Part shown: piece after piece, positions 14,748-26,618 of the stretch | Numbering within the stretch: position 1 is the first letter of the stretch | Layout: every line of letters starts with the position of its first letter | Notes under the pieces: model-generated | What the model saw: the letters and a program-made list of their open reading frames with translations, nothing else | Databases searched by the model: none | Told to the model about the DNA's origin: nothing | Program-made: the position numbers and the translations under genes | DNA from: Octopus sinensis | Taxonomy: Eukaryota | DNA: 64,000 nt | Direction: 5' to 3' | Assembly (NCBI RefSeq): GCF_006345805.1 | Contig: NC_043000.1 | Location: forward strand, 93,930,001-93,994,000

Positions 14748-15504
14748 GATATATATATATATGCGTGTGTGTGTGTGTGTGTGTGTGAATAAATATATAT
14801 ATATATATAATAAGAAAATTTTATTATTACGACAAATTCTTTCGTAACTAAAACATTTTATAAAAGTAGAGACGAGAAAAAATGACAGGGACACAGTGAA
14901 GTGAAAAGAGGAGGGAAAGTGAGCACGAAGAGAAGGCAATAAAATGTGAGAGAGGGGGAACGAAAGAACGAAGAGTGGAATGAACGAAATAAGCGTGAAA
15001 GAAGAAAGATTAAAAGAATAAGAGAATAGAGTCGTACAAGATTTAGACAAATATATACTTACATATAAGTGACCGACGTGTACGTACGCCGCTATATATA
15101 TATATATAAATAATAGGAGAATAATAGAGTTAGGTGATACAAGAAAGAGACAACAAAGCATCCAGATAGACGATACAAAGAAAACAGAGATGGTTCATTC
15201 GGAGTTTTCTTTCCTCAGTCGAGTTCCAGATTATCTTTGCAATTTCGGCTGGTTATACTCGAGATTGCTCCAATCTGGCTAGCCCCAAGGAAAAACTAAA
15301 CTAAAAGCATGAGATTCCTTGGAACAAAGCAGCGAATGTATACAAAAACGAGGATGGAAAAATCGGAGAAAGTAACAGAAATATAAATACAGGAAATAAC
15401 AATAGTTGCCTTTCGACTAAAGACGAATTAAATTAACCTGGCGTGTGTGAAAGTAAAGCCTTAGGGCAGGGATACAAGATTTATATATATATATATATAT
15501 ATAT

Positions 15505-15539
<35 letters not shown>

Positions 15540-15543
<4 letters not shown>

Positions 15544-15890
15544 TGGCATCCTGGGCAATTGTCTCGGGCCAATCAAAACCTTGTGAGTGGATTTGGTTGA
15601 CGGAAACTGAAAGAAGCCTGTCGTATATGTGTGTCTGTGTGTCTGTACGCGCGCGTGCGTGTATGTGCGTGTGTATATGTGTGTGTGTGTCTCTCTCTCT
15701 GTATGCATGCGCGTCCACGAGTGTCTTTGTGTCTGTGTCCTCTTCCACTGCTTGACAACCGGTGTTTGTATGTCACCGTGACACGGTTCTTCGGATTAGA
15801 ACATTTTTATGCTGGGATCGATTCATTCTCTTCAAAGTGGTGTCACAGCGTGGCTACAATCTAATGTCTGAAACAAGTAAAAGGTAAAAG
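15540..15890 (+). mobile_element. Family A SINE (head truncated at (TA)n)
   Basis: Homology to 4186-4572, ending gtctgaaacaagtaaaagg. Confidence 0.8.
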
Positions 15891-16005
15891 ATGTATGTAT
15901 ACATATATGCATATTTGCATATAAGTCTGTGTATATATGTATATACATACCTATATGCATACATACATATATATAAATATATGAGTATATATCTATGTAT
16001 ATGTA

Positions 16006-16045
<40 letters not shown>

Positions 16046-16050
<5 letters not shown>

Positions 16051-16888
16051 TACATATTGGAAATTTGTCTGTGGGTGTGTTTGTGGAGTTATTATTTAAC
16101 TCCTCCTACATCCTTTTATCGATTTTGATGAAACTTGATACGTGAGTAGAAATCATGTCTGGAAACCTCACAGCATACTCAGATTGTCAAAAAAAGTCGA
16201 TAATAGAGCCCCTGGAAGGGATCCTCATATATATATCTAATATATTTTATTTCAATAACCAAGGGAGATAATCCATTCATCCCTGATATGTATCCTTATA
16301 TATAGCCAAGGGAATTAACACATTCATTTTCCTAAATTATTTGATAGAAATGAAACTGAGTATGCTTATTTGATTTCGTATTTTTTCGAGTACAACCCTT
16401 AAACAAGTAAATAGTATTTTCCTCAACAATAGATCCACTTATTTCGGTTAATGAATTATTCACGACTATACCAACACTAGCGCCCATGAGGGTAATATTC
16501 TCTGGGAACGAACAAAAGCCCTTTTCAGAGTTATTTAGTTTGAATTGTTACTATCTCATATCTGATTAGCCTGTTATTACGTAACGTGCTTCACTATTTT
16601 AGTATACATACCTTATTAGTATTTCCTCCTATATTCTCTGGGAACGCATTAAAGCCCTTTTCGGGTCTACTTTATTTGAATTCTTACTATCGGATAACTA
16701 ATTTCATGTTATTACATAACTGACTTCACAGTTTGGGTATTTATAACTTATTGGTAATTTTTAAAAACAAGATCAGTATTCTCTATAAATGCATAAAAAC
16801 CGTTTTAAGGGCTACATACTTGTATTGTTATTCGATTAGCGAGCACAGAACCAAGGGATAAGCCAGAATTACCGTGTACGTCAGCTAG

Positions 16889-16889
<1 letters not shown>
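16046..16889 (+). mobile_element. Non-autonomous Helitron/DINE-1-like element with internal ~135-bp tandem subrepeats
   Basis: 5' tactacatattgg..tttgtctgtg and atcgattttgatgaaacttgatac motif; three ttctct(g/a).. subrepeats at ~16498, 16634, 16779; 3' end ..tcagCTAGT; no TSD or TIR, TA-rich flanks. Confidence 0.6.
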
Positions 16890-16936
<47 letters not shown>

Positions 16937-17037
16937 TATGTATTATGTATGTATGTATGTATATATAACCAGCTAGATAATCTGGAACTCGTGTGAGAAA
17001 AGAAAACTCGGAATGGCTCGAAGCATATATATATACT

Positions 17038-17352
17038 GAGACCCCCTTCGGTCATGACTAACCATGGGATTGCACCTAGGAAGTTAGCCTCCCAGGCACA
17101 AGTCCGGGCAAGATTGTTTATGAAAGATCAGCAGTCGCCCGTGCATACCGGCATCCCTTCTCCATGCCACCAGTGTTATCCAAGGGAAAGGCCGATACAG
17201 CTTGGCACCTGTCATTTCTACAGCTGAGTGAACTGGAGCAACGTGAAATAAAGTGTCTTGCTCAAGAACTCAACACGCAGCCCGGTCGGGATTCGAACTC
17301 ACAACCTCTCGATCGTAAGCTCGATGCTCTAACACTGAGCCATGCGCCTTCA
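17038..17352 (-). mobile_element. tRNA-derived SINE, family C (distinct 3' tail ..catggttagtcatgaccgaaggggg)
   Basis: Minus-strand tRNA head (tgaaggcgcatggctcagtgttagagc..gagttcgaatccc); second copy at 34088-34400. Confidence 0.8.
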
Positions 17353-17824
17353 GACACACTCACGCACACACACACTCACACACACCACACACACACACAC
17401 ACGCATATATATATATACATCTAAGTTGAGTCATAAGTATGACTCATCCAATCACTTGGTGCAGATGTATATACTATTTTATCTACGTAAGACGTGTATA
17501 TAAGCTTAGCATATAGGAACAATTAGCTTTTCATGTATGAATATGCATCAGTACATGAATATGTATTGGTTAATTAGTAGCAAGGTATTTGTAAACAAAC
17601 ATGCATAAATGCATGAGATTGTTTCTGTTTGTACATACAACAATGATACATAGATGAATACATAGAAACAGGCACATATAAAATGCACTTGTTTAACAAC
17701 TGACTTAGTATGTGATGATGCGTACGTATATAGACAAAGACTTACACACATAGTCATGCATAAACACAAACATACATACATACATACATATATATATATA
17801 TATACATACATGAGAAAAATTATA

Positions 17825-18991
17825 TAAGTTCTTTAAGCGGTTTGGATTAATTATCACGTAGCAGAAGAGTATACTTGTATTAACTATTTAGATGCCAATT
17901 GTAATTTAACCACGGGATTACACGAACCGTACATTAAACCTAATACCAACCGCGATAATGCACATAGCAACCACCCAACCTTTATAAAAAGATGACTTGT
18001 ATAGGGCATTAGTAAAAGAATTTCGTATCTCACGTTCAACGAAGATATGTTCAAGATGTATCAGGAACGCTATAATATTGCATTGGAAAAAGTAGGTTAT
18101 AAGCAAAAAACTTAAGTACCTTTATTCAGAGCCTTATACAAGTAACCCGAATAGCATAAATATCTATAATTATAATTATAGCAATAATATCCAAAATATC
18201 TATATTAATAATCACTAAAATAATAAGAATAACAATAACAGTAGTAATAACAAAAAGAGTAGGAAGAATAATAAGATTCTTAATAATATTAATAACATTA
18301 GCTCTGATAACGGTCATAATACTAATAACGGAACTGATAATAATAGTCAGGAAAATAATAATAACAAAAATTAAAATAATACACCTAAAAGAACCAATAA
18401 AGTCCCTGTTAGTAATTATAATATCAAGGTAAATAAAATAAATTAATCTAACAACCCTACCAAAGCTGATAGCAATAGTAATAAAAATAACAATAGAAAG
18501 AATAATAATATTTATAACCATAAATTTACAATGTACAACAATACTGAGGGCAGTTTTTACACCAAAAGTAAAAATATTGAAATAACAAGCGGAATAAGGA
18601 TAACATCTGGCTAATAATCCCCTTCGAGATTTAACTAAAAACTGATATAGCTAAATCTATAATGAAGCTTATTAATAAGCACGTCAATATCAATACGAAA
18701 TACTAAGAAATCTTTAGCAATAAAATTAGAGTAGCAACCTAGCTACTATTATAGCTTCTATCAACAATAAAAAGCTAGACTCCATCGCTCAAGTTTCATT
18801 AATTATAGATTAGAATGGCATATCCTAACCAAAACATCTTCATATGACCTTAAAAATAATCGCTGTAATTTATGCATAAATGAGAGAAATTCTTCATTAT
18901 AATGGCCAAATCAGAATTACTTAATAAACGTGATAAGAAAAATAAAACATGCTTACATAAAGATAACTTCTTATTCTCTAAATACCGCTAA
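17825..18991 (+). pseudogene. Penelope-like element (Naiad-type) relic: RT C-terminus, Asn-rich insert, linker and GIY-YIG C-terminus
   Basis: Translation across stops/frameshifts: FKRFGLIIT..NLTTGLHEPYIKPN..HSNHPTFIK..GISKRISYLTFNEDMFKMYQERYNIALEKVGY..NIWLIIPF..KTDIAKSIMKLINKH..LEWHILTKTSSYDLKNNRCNLCINE..ELLNKRDKKNKTCLHKDNFLFSKYR*; the GIY-YIG core appears deleted. Confidence 0.8.
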
Positions 18992-19664
18992 TAGCTACAT
19001 TAAAGGTTATTAGCTGAACTGCCTAACATCTGATTACCTCCCATTGACCCTCCCCTTACCACAGAGCATGATTTAATATCACATCACAATTAAATTAAAT
19101 TACCCCGAATAACTGAATTATTTATCCAAAATGCACGATGTACACCTGGAGACATAATTTTCTTTAATATATTCACATTAAAGTTAGATCACTAACTAAC
19201 ATACTAATTGCTAGGGCTGCCACTAACATAAACACAATTAAACAAGCGATTTAGCCTATTCTAGACGACTGTATTGGTTTTTAATTATATTAACGAGTAG
19301 ATAGCCCACGCCGCACATAACATTTTTATTTATTTATATATTTATTACACCTTTTACGGAACCCAAATTTATACCGTGTATCGCACTTCAACTTTTAAGA
19401 GCATCCTTAATTTTTAACAAAGTCATTATCTGTAATCATAGGAACTTATCTAGCAATCTCAAATAGTGTTATTGATTGCAATTAACGACACCGGATATTA
19501 CTACCAGGTATAACTTTTCGCTAATACCGCCATTAAACTAGTCATTTTATGAACATAATGCTCCATTCATCTAATTGCAGAAATGTACACACATGTGAAA
19601 CCTTAAAGGTCACAAAAGTTTTTTTCCTTTTTCTCCTGTCTATATTCCTCCGATAAACTCTAAA

Positions 19665-19746
19665 CCATTCTGACGATGTTTCTTAAATAGAACAATATAA
19701 ATGCAAATTTACTTCAAATATAACAAACTGAAACAGCTGTAAATGT
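19665..19746 (+). ncRNA. Candidate type I hammerhead ribozyme (degenerate) in the Penelope 3' region
   Basis: catt-CTGACGA-t-gttt..aaac-t-GAAAC-agct-GTA-aatg: both core motifs, palindromic stem III, 4-bp stem I catt/aatg; stem II long and imperfect. Confidence 0.45.
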
Positions 19747-19801
19747 TTTTTAACTACAATTAAACTATGAACTTCTACCTGTTAATTGTTGCACTATTTC
19801 T

Positions 19802-19809
19802 TTTCTTAC

Positions 19810-19902
<93 letters not shown>

Positions 19903-19984
19903 AATACATTCTAAGTACTAAACTAATAGTTCAGAGCTGCTTCGTTTCGTATATATCATCTCCTGACCCATATATATATGATAT

Positions 19985-20017
<33 letters not shown>

Positions 20018-20160
20018 GATATATATATAATATATATATACATATATATATGGGTCAGGAGATGATATATACGAACGAAGCAGCTCTGAACTATGTTTAG
20101 TACTTAGAATGTATTGATATAGATAGATCGAGATAGATAGATAGATAGATAGATAGATAT
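19802..20160. repeat. Fold-back inverted duplication centred on a (TA)n tract
   Basis: (TATC)n-aatacattctaagtactaaac..ctcctgacccatatata, then its reverse complement ..gtttagtacttagaatgtattg-(GATA)n; third diverged copy of the arm at ~21305-21375. Confidence 0.9.
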
Positions 20161-20166
20161 ATTATA

Positions 20167-20251
<85 letters not shown>

Positions 20252-20348
20252 TATATAATCAATAAGGGTAGAAAAAAAATTCAAGAAAAATTCAAGAAAA
20301 ATTTTCTGCAACAAGCGGTCAAGTGAGAAAATAGAAATAGTCACAGAC

Positions 20349-20602
20349 TATATAATATATTCACAATAGTATTAAGGAATGACCCTGACAGGTCGTTCAA
20401 CTCAATTGAAAAGAGCAGCTAAACTCAAACCGCAAAATAGTAGTAATTCTGAAACTAAAGGAGAAGGGGATAAATGTTTTTATTCTCTTTTAGTTTCAGA
20501 ATTACTACTATTTTTGCGGTCTGAGTTTAGCTGCTCTTTTCAAGTGAGTTGAACGACCTATCAGGTCATTCCTTAATACTATTGTTGAATATTTTTATAT
20601 AT
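20349..20602. repeat. ~250-bp hairpin (arms ~120 bp, loop of a few nt) inside a (TA)n-flanked element
   Basis: cacaatagtattaaggaatgacc..gaaactaaaggagaa vs ttctcttttagtttc..ggtcattccttaatactattg. Confidence 0.9.
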
Positions 20603-20679
20603 ATATATATATATTATATATATATATATATATATTATATCTATATATATATAATATATATTATAATATCGATATATAC

Positions 20680-20711
<32 letters not shown>

Positions 20712-20714
20712 GTA

Positions 20715-20754
<40 letters not shown>

Positions 20755-20844
20755 CATATATATATACATCTATTATAATATACAGTATATATATTTATTT
20801 ATATTATATATGTATATATATACGATTCTATTACTTGTTTTGTT

Positions 20845-21000
20845 CTTTTACTTGTTTTAGCCTTAAACTGTGGCCATGCTGTGGCACCGCCTTCAAGAAT
20901 TTTAGTCGACCGAATCAACCCTAGTAATTATTTTTTTAAGTCTGATCCTTCTATCGGCTCTTTTTCCCGAACCAGTAAGTTACGGAGATGTAAACAAACT
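20845..21000 (-). mobile_element. Family A SINE 3' half
   Basis: Reverse-complement tail ggccatgctgtggcaccgcc. Confidence 0.7.
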
Positions 21001-21061
21001 GACACCTTCACACACACATACACACACACACACACACACAACACAACACACACACAACCAC

Positions 21062-21139
<78 letters not shown>

Positions 21140-21504
21140 GCCCGGTCAGATATGGACTCTTGGTTTTGCACCTATAAAGAGCTATACTGTATAGGCAACA
21201 CGTCAGTTAAACGCCTCCAGCTATTTGAGTTTGATAAGTCCTCTATACAGCTTAGTACTTGGCAAGTGCAAAATTAAGGTGCACTCTCTGGCTAGCCATA
21301 ACAAACAACCTTCTAAGTGCTAAACTAATGGTTCAGAGCTGCTTCGTTTGTATATATCATCTCCTGACCCATATATTATATATATATATAATATATATAT
21401 ATATGTATGTATGTATGTATATATATTGTTGTATTTTGAATGGTCACGTTGCCAGTTTAGCCATATATATGTGTGTGTGTGTATACATACACACATATAC
21501 ATGT

Positions 21505-21940
21505 AATAGGCGTAGCTGTGTGGAGAGGAGCTTGTTTCCCAACATTATGGTTCCGTGTTCAGTTCCACTTCATGACACCTTGGGCAAATGTCTTCTACTT
21601 ATAGCATCGAGCCGTCCAAAGCCTATGAGTTGATTTGGTAGACAGAAACAGAAAGAAGCCTGTCGAAGTATATATTGTATATATCTATGTGTGTGCCTTT
21701 GTGTCTGTGTTTGTTCCCCCGCACACAACACTATCACCACCACAACCACCATTGCTTGACAACCGATGTTGGTGTGCTTACACCCCTGTAAATTAGTAGT
21801 TCGACAAAAGAGACCGATAGAATAAGTACCAGGCTTACAAAGAATATGTCTGTCCTGAGGTCAATTTCTTCGACTAAAAGACAGTGCTCCTGCATGGCCG
21901 CAGTCTAACGACTGAAACAAATAAAAGAATAAAAGAATAT
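21505..21940 (+). mobile_element. Family A SINE, full length
   Basis: ggcgtagctgtgtgg head to gcagtctaacgactgaaacaaataaaaga tail. Confidence 0.85.
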
Positions 21941-22751
21941 TGTATATCATTTAGGAATATGAAATATCCTCGAATAATCTCGCTAATTACTACTCTAAGC
22001 CCTCAGTCTCCAAATGGAATCATTCCAATTCCCTTATCTAACAACAAATACAAGATCTATTCCTTTTTCGTATGCATGTATGTATATGAATAAATACTTA
22101 TGTTGGGTTACACAACGTGCTACTGCTTAACATGTACTCCTACACAATTTGTCGTATGCTCAGGCCTTCGGTGAGTGAATCGGCAACTTTATCAAACCTG
22201 CTTGGTAGAGGGTGTTTTATTTTATTGAACGACAAAGGGAAACTGTCAAAGTGAGGATTAATTCGATAGAGTTAATGCCAGTACATTACCGAGCGTGGGA
22301 GTCCCCTATGCTTGTTCAGACATCTTTCAAAGAGAAAAATGAAAATTAAAATAAAATTCTGTGACACCTATGACATTATTTGCATCCAATAACAGATTGG
22401 TTCTTCTTTTGCATAAATTATTTAGAGAGTGAGAGTAGCTCTCAGTAATGCTTTTCTTCACATTAAAAAGCTTCAGGTGCATGCATTGCTTGATTTTTTT
22501 TACATCTTTGTTAACATCTTCATTGTTCTTTTCATATTGTGGTTGGCCTAAGCCAAAATAGGTAAAACACCCAGTAAAAGGGACGTATCAGCGTGTATAG
22601 TAAGATCCCTGAACATCTTCTGCCAAAAAAGGTGTCCATCATTAATGCATGTGTGCACATGATTCTAGGTCCCTAACAGGACGGAAAAAACACATCTATG
22701 TGCCTCATGTTTAAAAGAACATATATAGACATGCATACACACGCGCACATA

Positions 22752-22785
<34 letters not shown>

Positions 22786-23084
22786 TACATATGCGCACTC
22801 ACATACACACATGCATACCCGACCACACCCGTTTGTGGCGCACTTGTTTAACGAGTGACTTCATATGAGATTCTGTGTCGTGACTAAAACAATTGTTTCG
22901 TGACAAACTGTATTGTCGGCATTAAATAAATATGTATATATACTACGTTGCAGTCATTTTTACTTTCTTATTGTAATTAAGTACTACAGGGGTGATCACT
23001 TGCAAAATATTAGTAATCAAAACTCGATGAAAATGTGCGATTCTAATAATATATATTATCATTATTACAAAACCAAATTGTGCC

Positions 23085-23362
23085 GAGGTCAATCTTGCCT
23101 TTCCTTATGAAATAAGTACCAGTCGAGCACTGGGGTAGCACCTTTTAGGGACAAAAATCTGGCAGAATTGTTAGCATGACGGGTGAAATGTTTAACAGTA
23201 TTTCGTTCATCTTCACGTTCTGAGTTAAAATACCGCCGGGGTCGATTTTACCTTTCATCCTTTCGGGGTTGACAAATTAAGTACCAGGGAAACACTGAGG
23301 TCGATGTAATCGATTAGTCTGCTCACCGCAACAGTTGAAGCTTTGTGCCTTAAGTAGAAAGG

Positions 23363-23425
<63 letters not shown>

Positions 23426-24390
23426 TTATTATTATTATTGTTATTACATTAAGGCGGTGAGCTGGCAGAAACGTTAGCACGCCGGGCGAAATGCGTAGCT
23501 GTATTTCGTCTGCTGCTACGTTCTGAGTTCAAATTCCGCCGAGGTCGACTTTGCCTTTCATCCTTTCGGGGTCGATTAAATAAGTACCAGTTACGCACTG
23601 GGTCGATATAATCAACTTAATCCGTTTGTCTGTCCTTGTTTGTCCTCACTGTGTTTAGCCCCTTGTGGGTAGTAAAGAAATAGGTATTTCGTCCGTCTTT
23701 ACGTTCTGAGTTCAAATTCCGCCGAGTTCGACTTTGTCTTTCATCCTTTCGGGGTCGATAAATTAAATACCAGTTACGCACTGGGGTCGATGTAATCGAC
23801 TTAATTCCTTTGCCTGTACTTGTTTATCCCCTCTACGTTTAGCCTCTTGTGGGCAATAAAGAAATAAGAAACGTTAGCATGCCGGGCGAAATGCTCAACT
23901 GTATTTCGACTGTCTACTTTCTGTGTTCAGATTCCGCCGAGATCGACTTTGCCTTTCATCCTTTCGGAGTCGATAAATTAAGTACCAGTTGCGTACTGGG
24001 GTCGATCTAATCGACTGGCCTTCTCCCCAAAAATTTTGGGCCTTGTGCCTAGAGTAGAAAAAGATAAAATAACTACCAATAAACGCTGGGATTGATGTAA
24101 TCAACTAGTCCCCTTCCCCGAAATTTCAGGCTTTGTGCCTTAAGTAGAAACGATCATTATTATTGCATTAAGGCGACAAGCTGGCAGAACCGTTAGCACA
24201 CCAGGCGAAATGCCGAGCGGTATTGCGTCCGTTTTCACGTTCTCTGTTCAAATTTCGCCAAGGTCAACTTAACTTTCATACTTCGTAGTCGATAGAATAA
24301 GTACCAGTTGATTACTGGGTCGATGTAATCGACTAGCACCTTCCCACAAAATTCCAGTCCTTGTGCTTATAGTAGAAAGGTTATTGTTAT
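23085..24390 (+). mobile_element. Head-to-tail array of ~7 full and partial family B SINE copies around a (TTA)n tract
   Basis: Repeated gaggtcgactttgcctttcatcctttcggggtcga core; junctions at ~23682 and ~23868 fuse one copy's aaagaaata end to an internal position of another. Confidence 0.9.
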
Positions 24391-24414
24391 TACTATTTGA
24401 TATAAATTACGTTA

Positions 24415-24555
24415 TGTGGCACTCCGTCGGTTTCGACGACGGGGGTTTCAGTTGATCCGATCAATGGAACAGCTTGCTCATGAAATTAACGTGCAGGTAG
24501 CCGAGCACTCCACAGTTATGTGTACCCTTAATGTAGTTCTCGGGGAGATTCAGAG
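24415..24555 (-). mobile_element. 3' fragment of SINE family D (full copy at 46485-46781)
   Basis: Reverse complement of ttgcacgttaatttcacgag..cgtcgtaaccgacggagt. Confidence 0.75.
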
Positions 24556-24877
24556 TGTGTGTGTGTATGTGTGTGTTTATCTACCTTCTTAGTTATGTAT
24601 TTCTCTGCGGATTCGTGTGATGTGTGGATAAATCTGATAGATAAACTAATTGTTTGTGCCTCTGTGTGTGTGTGTTAGTGTGTGTGTGTGTGTGTGTGTC
24701 TATGTGTGCGTGTAGTATATTCTTGTGTTACCTATTCGATGCGAAAATGATTGCTTGTGAGAGTAAGCATGCGAGACATCCATGTGAATATTTGTCATTC
24801 TATGTGAGTATATGGACAGGTATGCATTTATATGCACATATATTATATACGTATGAATATATGTACATATATACATG

Positions 24878-24919
<42 letters not shown>

Positions 24920-26047
24920 ATATTATATATATATATATTTGTGTGTATGTTTGTGCATATGTGTATTAATGTATATGCTTTTGTATTTCTGATTGAGTGT
25001 GTATGTATGTGTTTGTGTTCTCAGCAACCACCGCAAATTAGTTGAATGTTATGACATCAACTATAGTGCATGCGCCGGTAGAAGCGACATTTCACACCAC
25101 CAATACAATTGCTGACAAAGTTAGTCCACCGTTGGCAGCAACAGCAACAACAAAAACAAAAACAAAAACAACGACAACAAAAGCAACAACAATAAAACAA
25201 CGACACAAATGTTGCTAATTGTTGTGATAAACACTATTGTTCTTATCACCATCGGCTGCAAATCAAACTAAACCTGCAAACTAATTACCAAATTATTTAT
25301 AATTAAATACCCTTAATTATAATTAATCACAACCCCGTCGCTAACACCATCATCATAGTCTCCGCCCTCATCATCATCATAATTACCGTCATCACCGACG
25401 ACGTCATCATCATCGTCATCGTCATCATCTTCGTCATCGTCATCGTCATCATCATCATTGACAACAGAATTATCGCCACCAAACCATTACCACTGCAATT
25501 TCGATCACACGTTGGCATGAGAAATGTGTAACTTCCCCTCCACCATTTCACCCCCACCCCTCTGCTAAAACCTTAATTACATCCGCCATCCCCGCCAGCC
25601 ATCATCAGCACTGTTAACCGCAGTTAAAGAACTATGACTGGTGTCACTCACCAACTCCAGAATCACGATCACTACATCACTCATAAATTGCAAGAGACTT
25701 TAACATCATTCCTTACTCAGACAGACTTATATCACGACTATCGAATTCATATAATGTTCTCACCATGAGTCTATAAACATTACCGCCACAGCTTTATCCA
25801 CTGGCGTCATATACAAAGGCCAAAGTGTTGATTTGGTCTTACCGATGGTAAACAGCCATTTTGCATCTACCGATTAAGCTGTTACAGACGTGACAATAGC
25901 TCATTATTCTAAGCAGCAGCTACGCTATTATTTCGTTGCCGCCAAGCAGTGCTGAGTTCCATTGTAGTCTCTCTCGGAAAACGTTGACACTTACCATCGT
26001 CTAACCAGCGTCTTATCGAGGAGAAGGTTTTTATCTCTTCATCCGCT

Positions 26048-26133
<86 letters not shown>

Positions 26134-26264
26134 CGTGTAATACATATGATGTATCAAATTTACTTATCAAAATGAGCGATTATACGAGTACAGTAAAATT
26201 GCAGTTGGAAATGGAGTATCGAACATTTCGTTCAAAGTCCTTCCTCAGAGACTTTCACATATAT

Positions 26265-26460
26265 ATCCCTCTCAACACATGGCTATGATGCTCTTCCACT
26301 GTCCTGCTCATGATTAGAAATGCGCGTGTTGTCAGTCACTAAGGAACATGCTCCAGTGGTTAAGGTCAAGCAACAGACAAGCAAATTTGTGACATTGAGC
26401 AGAATATAAGCTATAACAATATTTCTGCTTCTGCAATTCAGCGCTGAATCTGTCTTCATC
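26265..26460 (-). repeat. Fragment of the (TAA)n-anchored repeat seen at 54895-55460; locally duplicated at 27395-27580
   Basis: catggctatgatgctcttccactgtcctgctcatgattagaaatgcgc at both 26278 and 27416; reverse complement matches ~54980-55130. Confidence 0.8.
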
Positions 26461-26574
26461 AGTATTAAGAGTCGGCTCTATGTCACATTTGCTCTTTCGC
26501 GCAACAACAACAACATACTTAGAGCAATATTTCAAATTGCAATAAGAATTAATTGGTTTTCGAGTATCTTTTCA

Positions 26575-26618
<44 letters not shown>

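Noticed and set aside
22120-22180. Possible 7-nt microexon (ctcag|gccttcg|gtgagt)
   Set aside because: Not frame-preserving, weak polypyrimidine tract and no host gene context; would need RNA-seq
23085-24390. CRISPR-like array of repeats
   Set aside because: Units are 200+ bp SINE copies without unique spacers, there are no cas genes, and the context is eukaryotic
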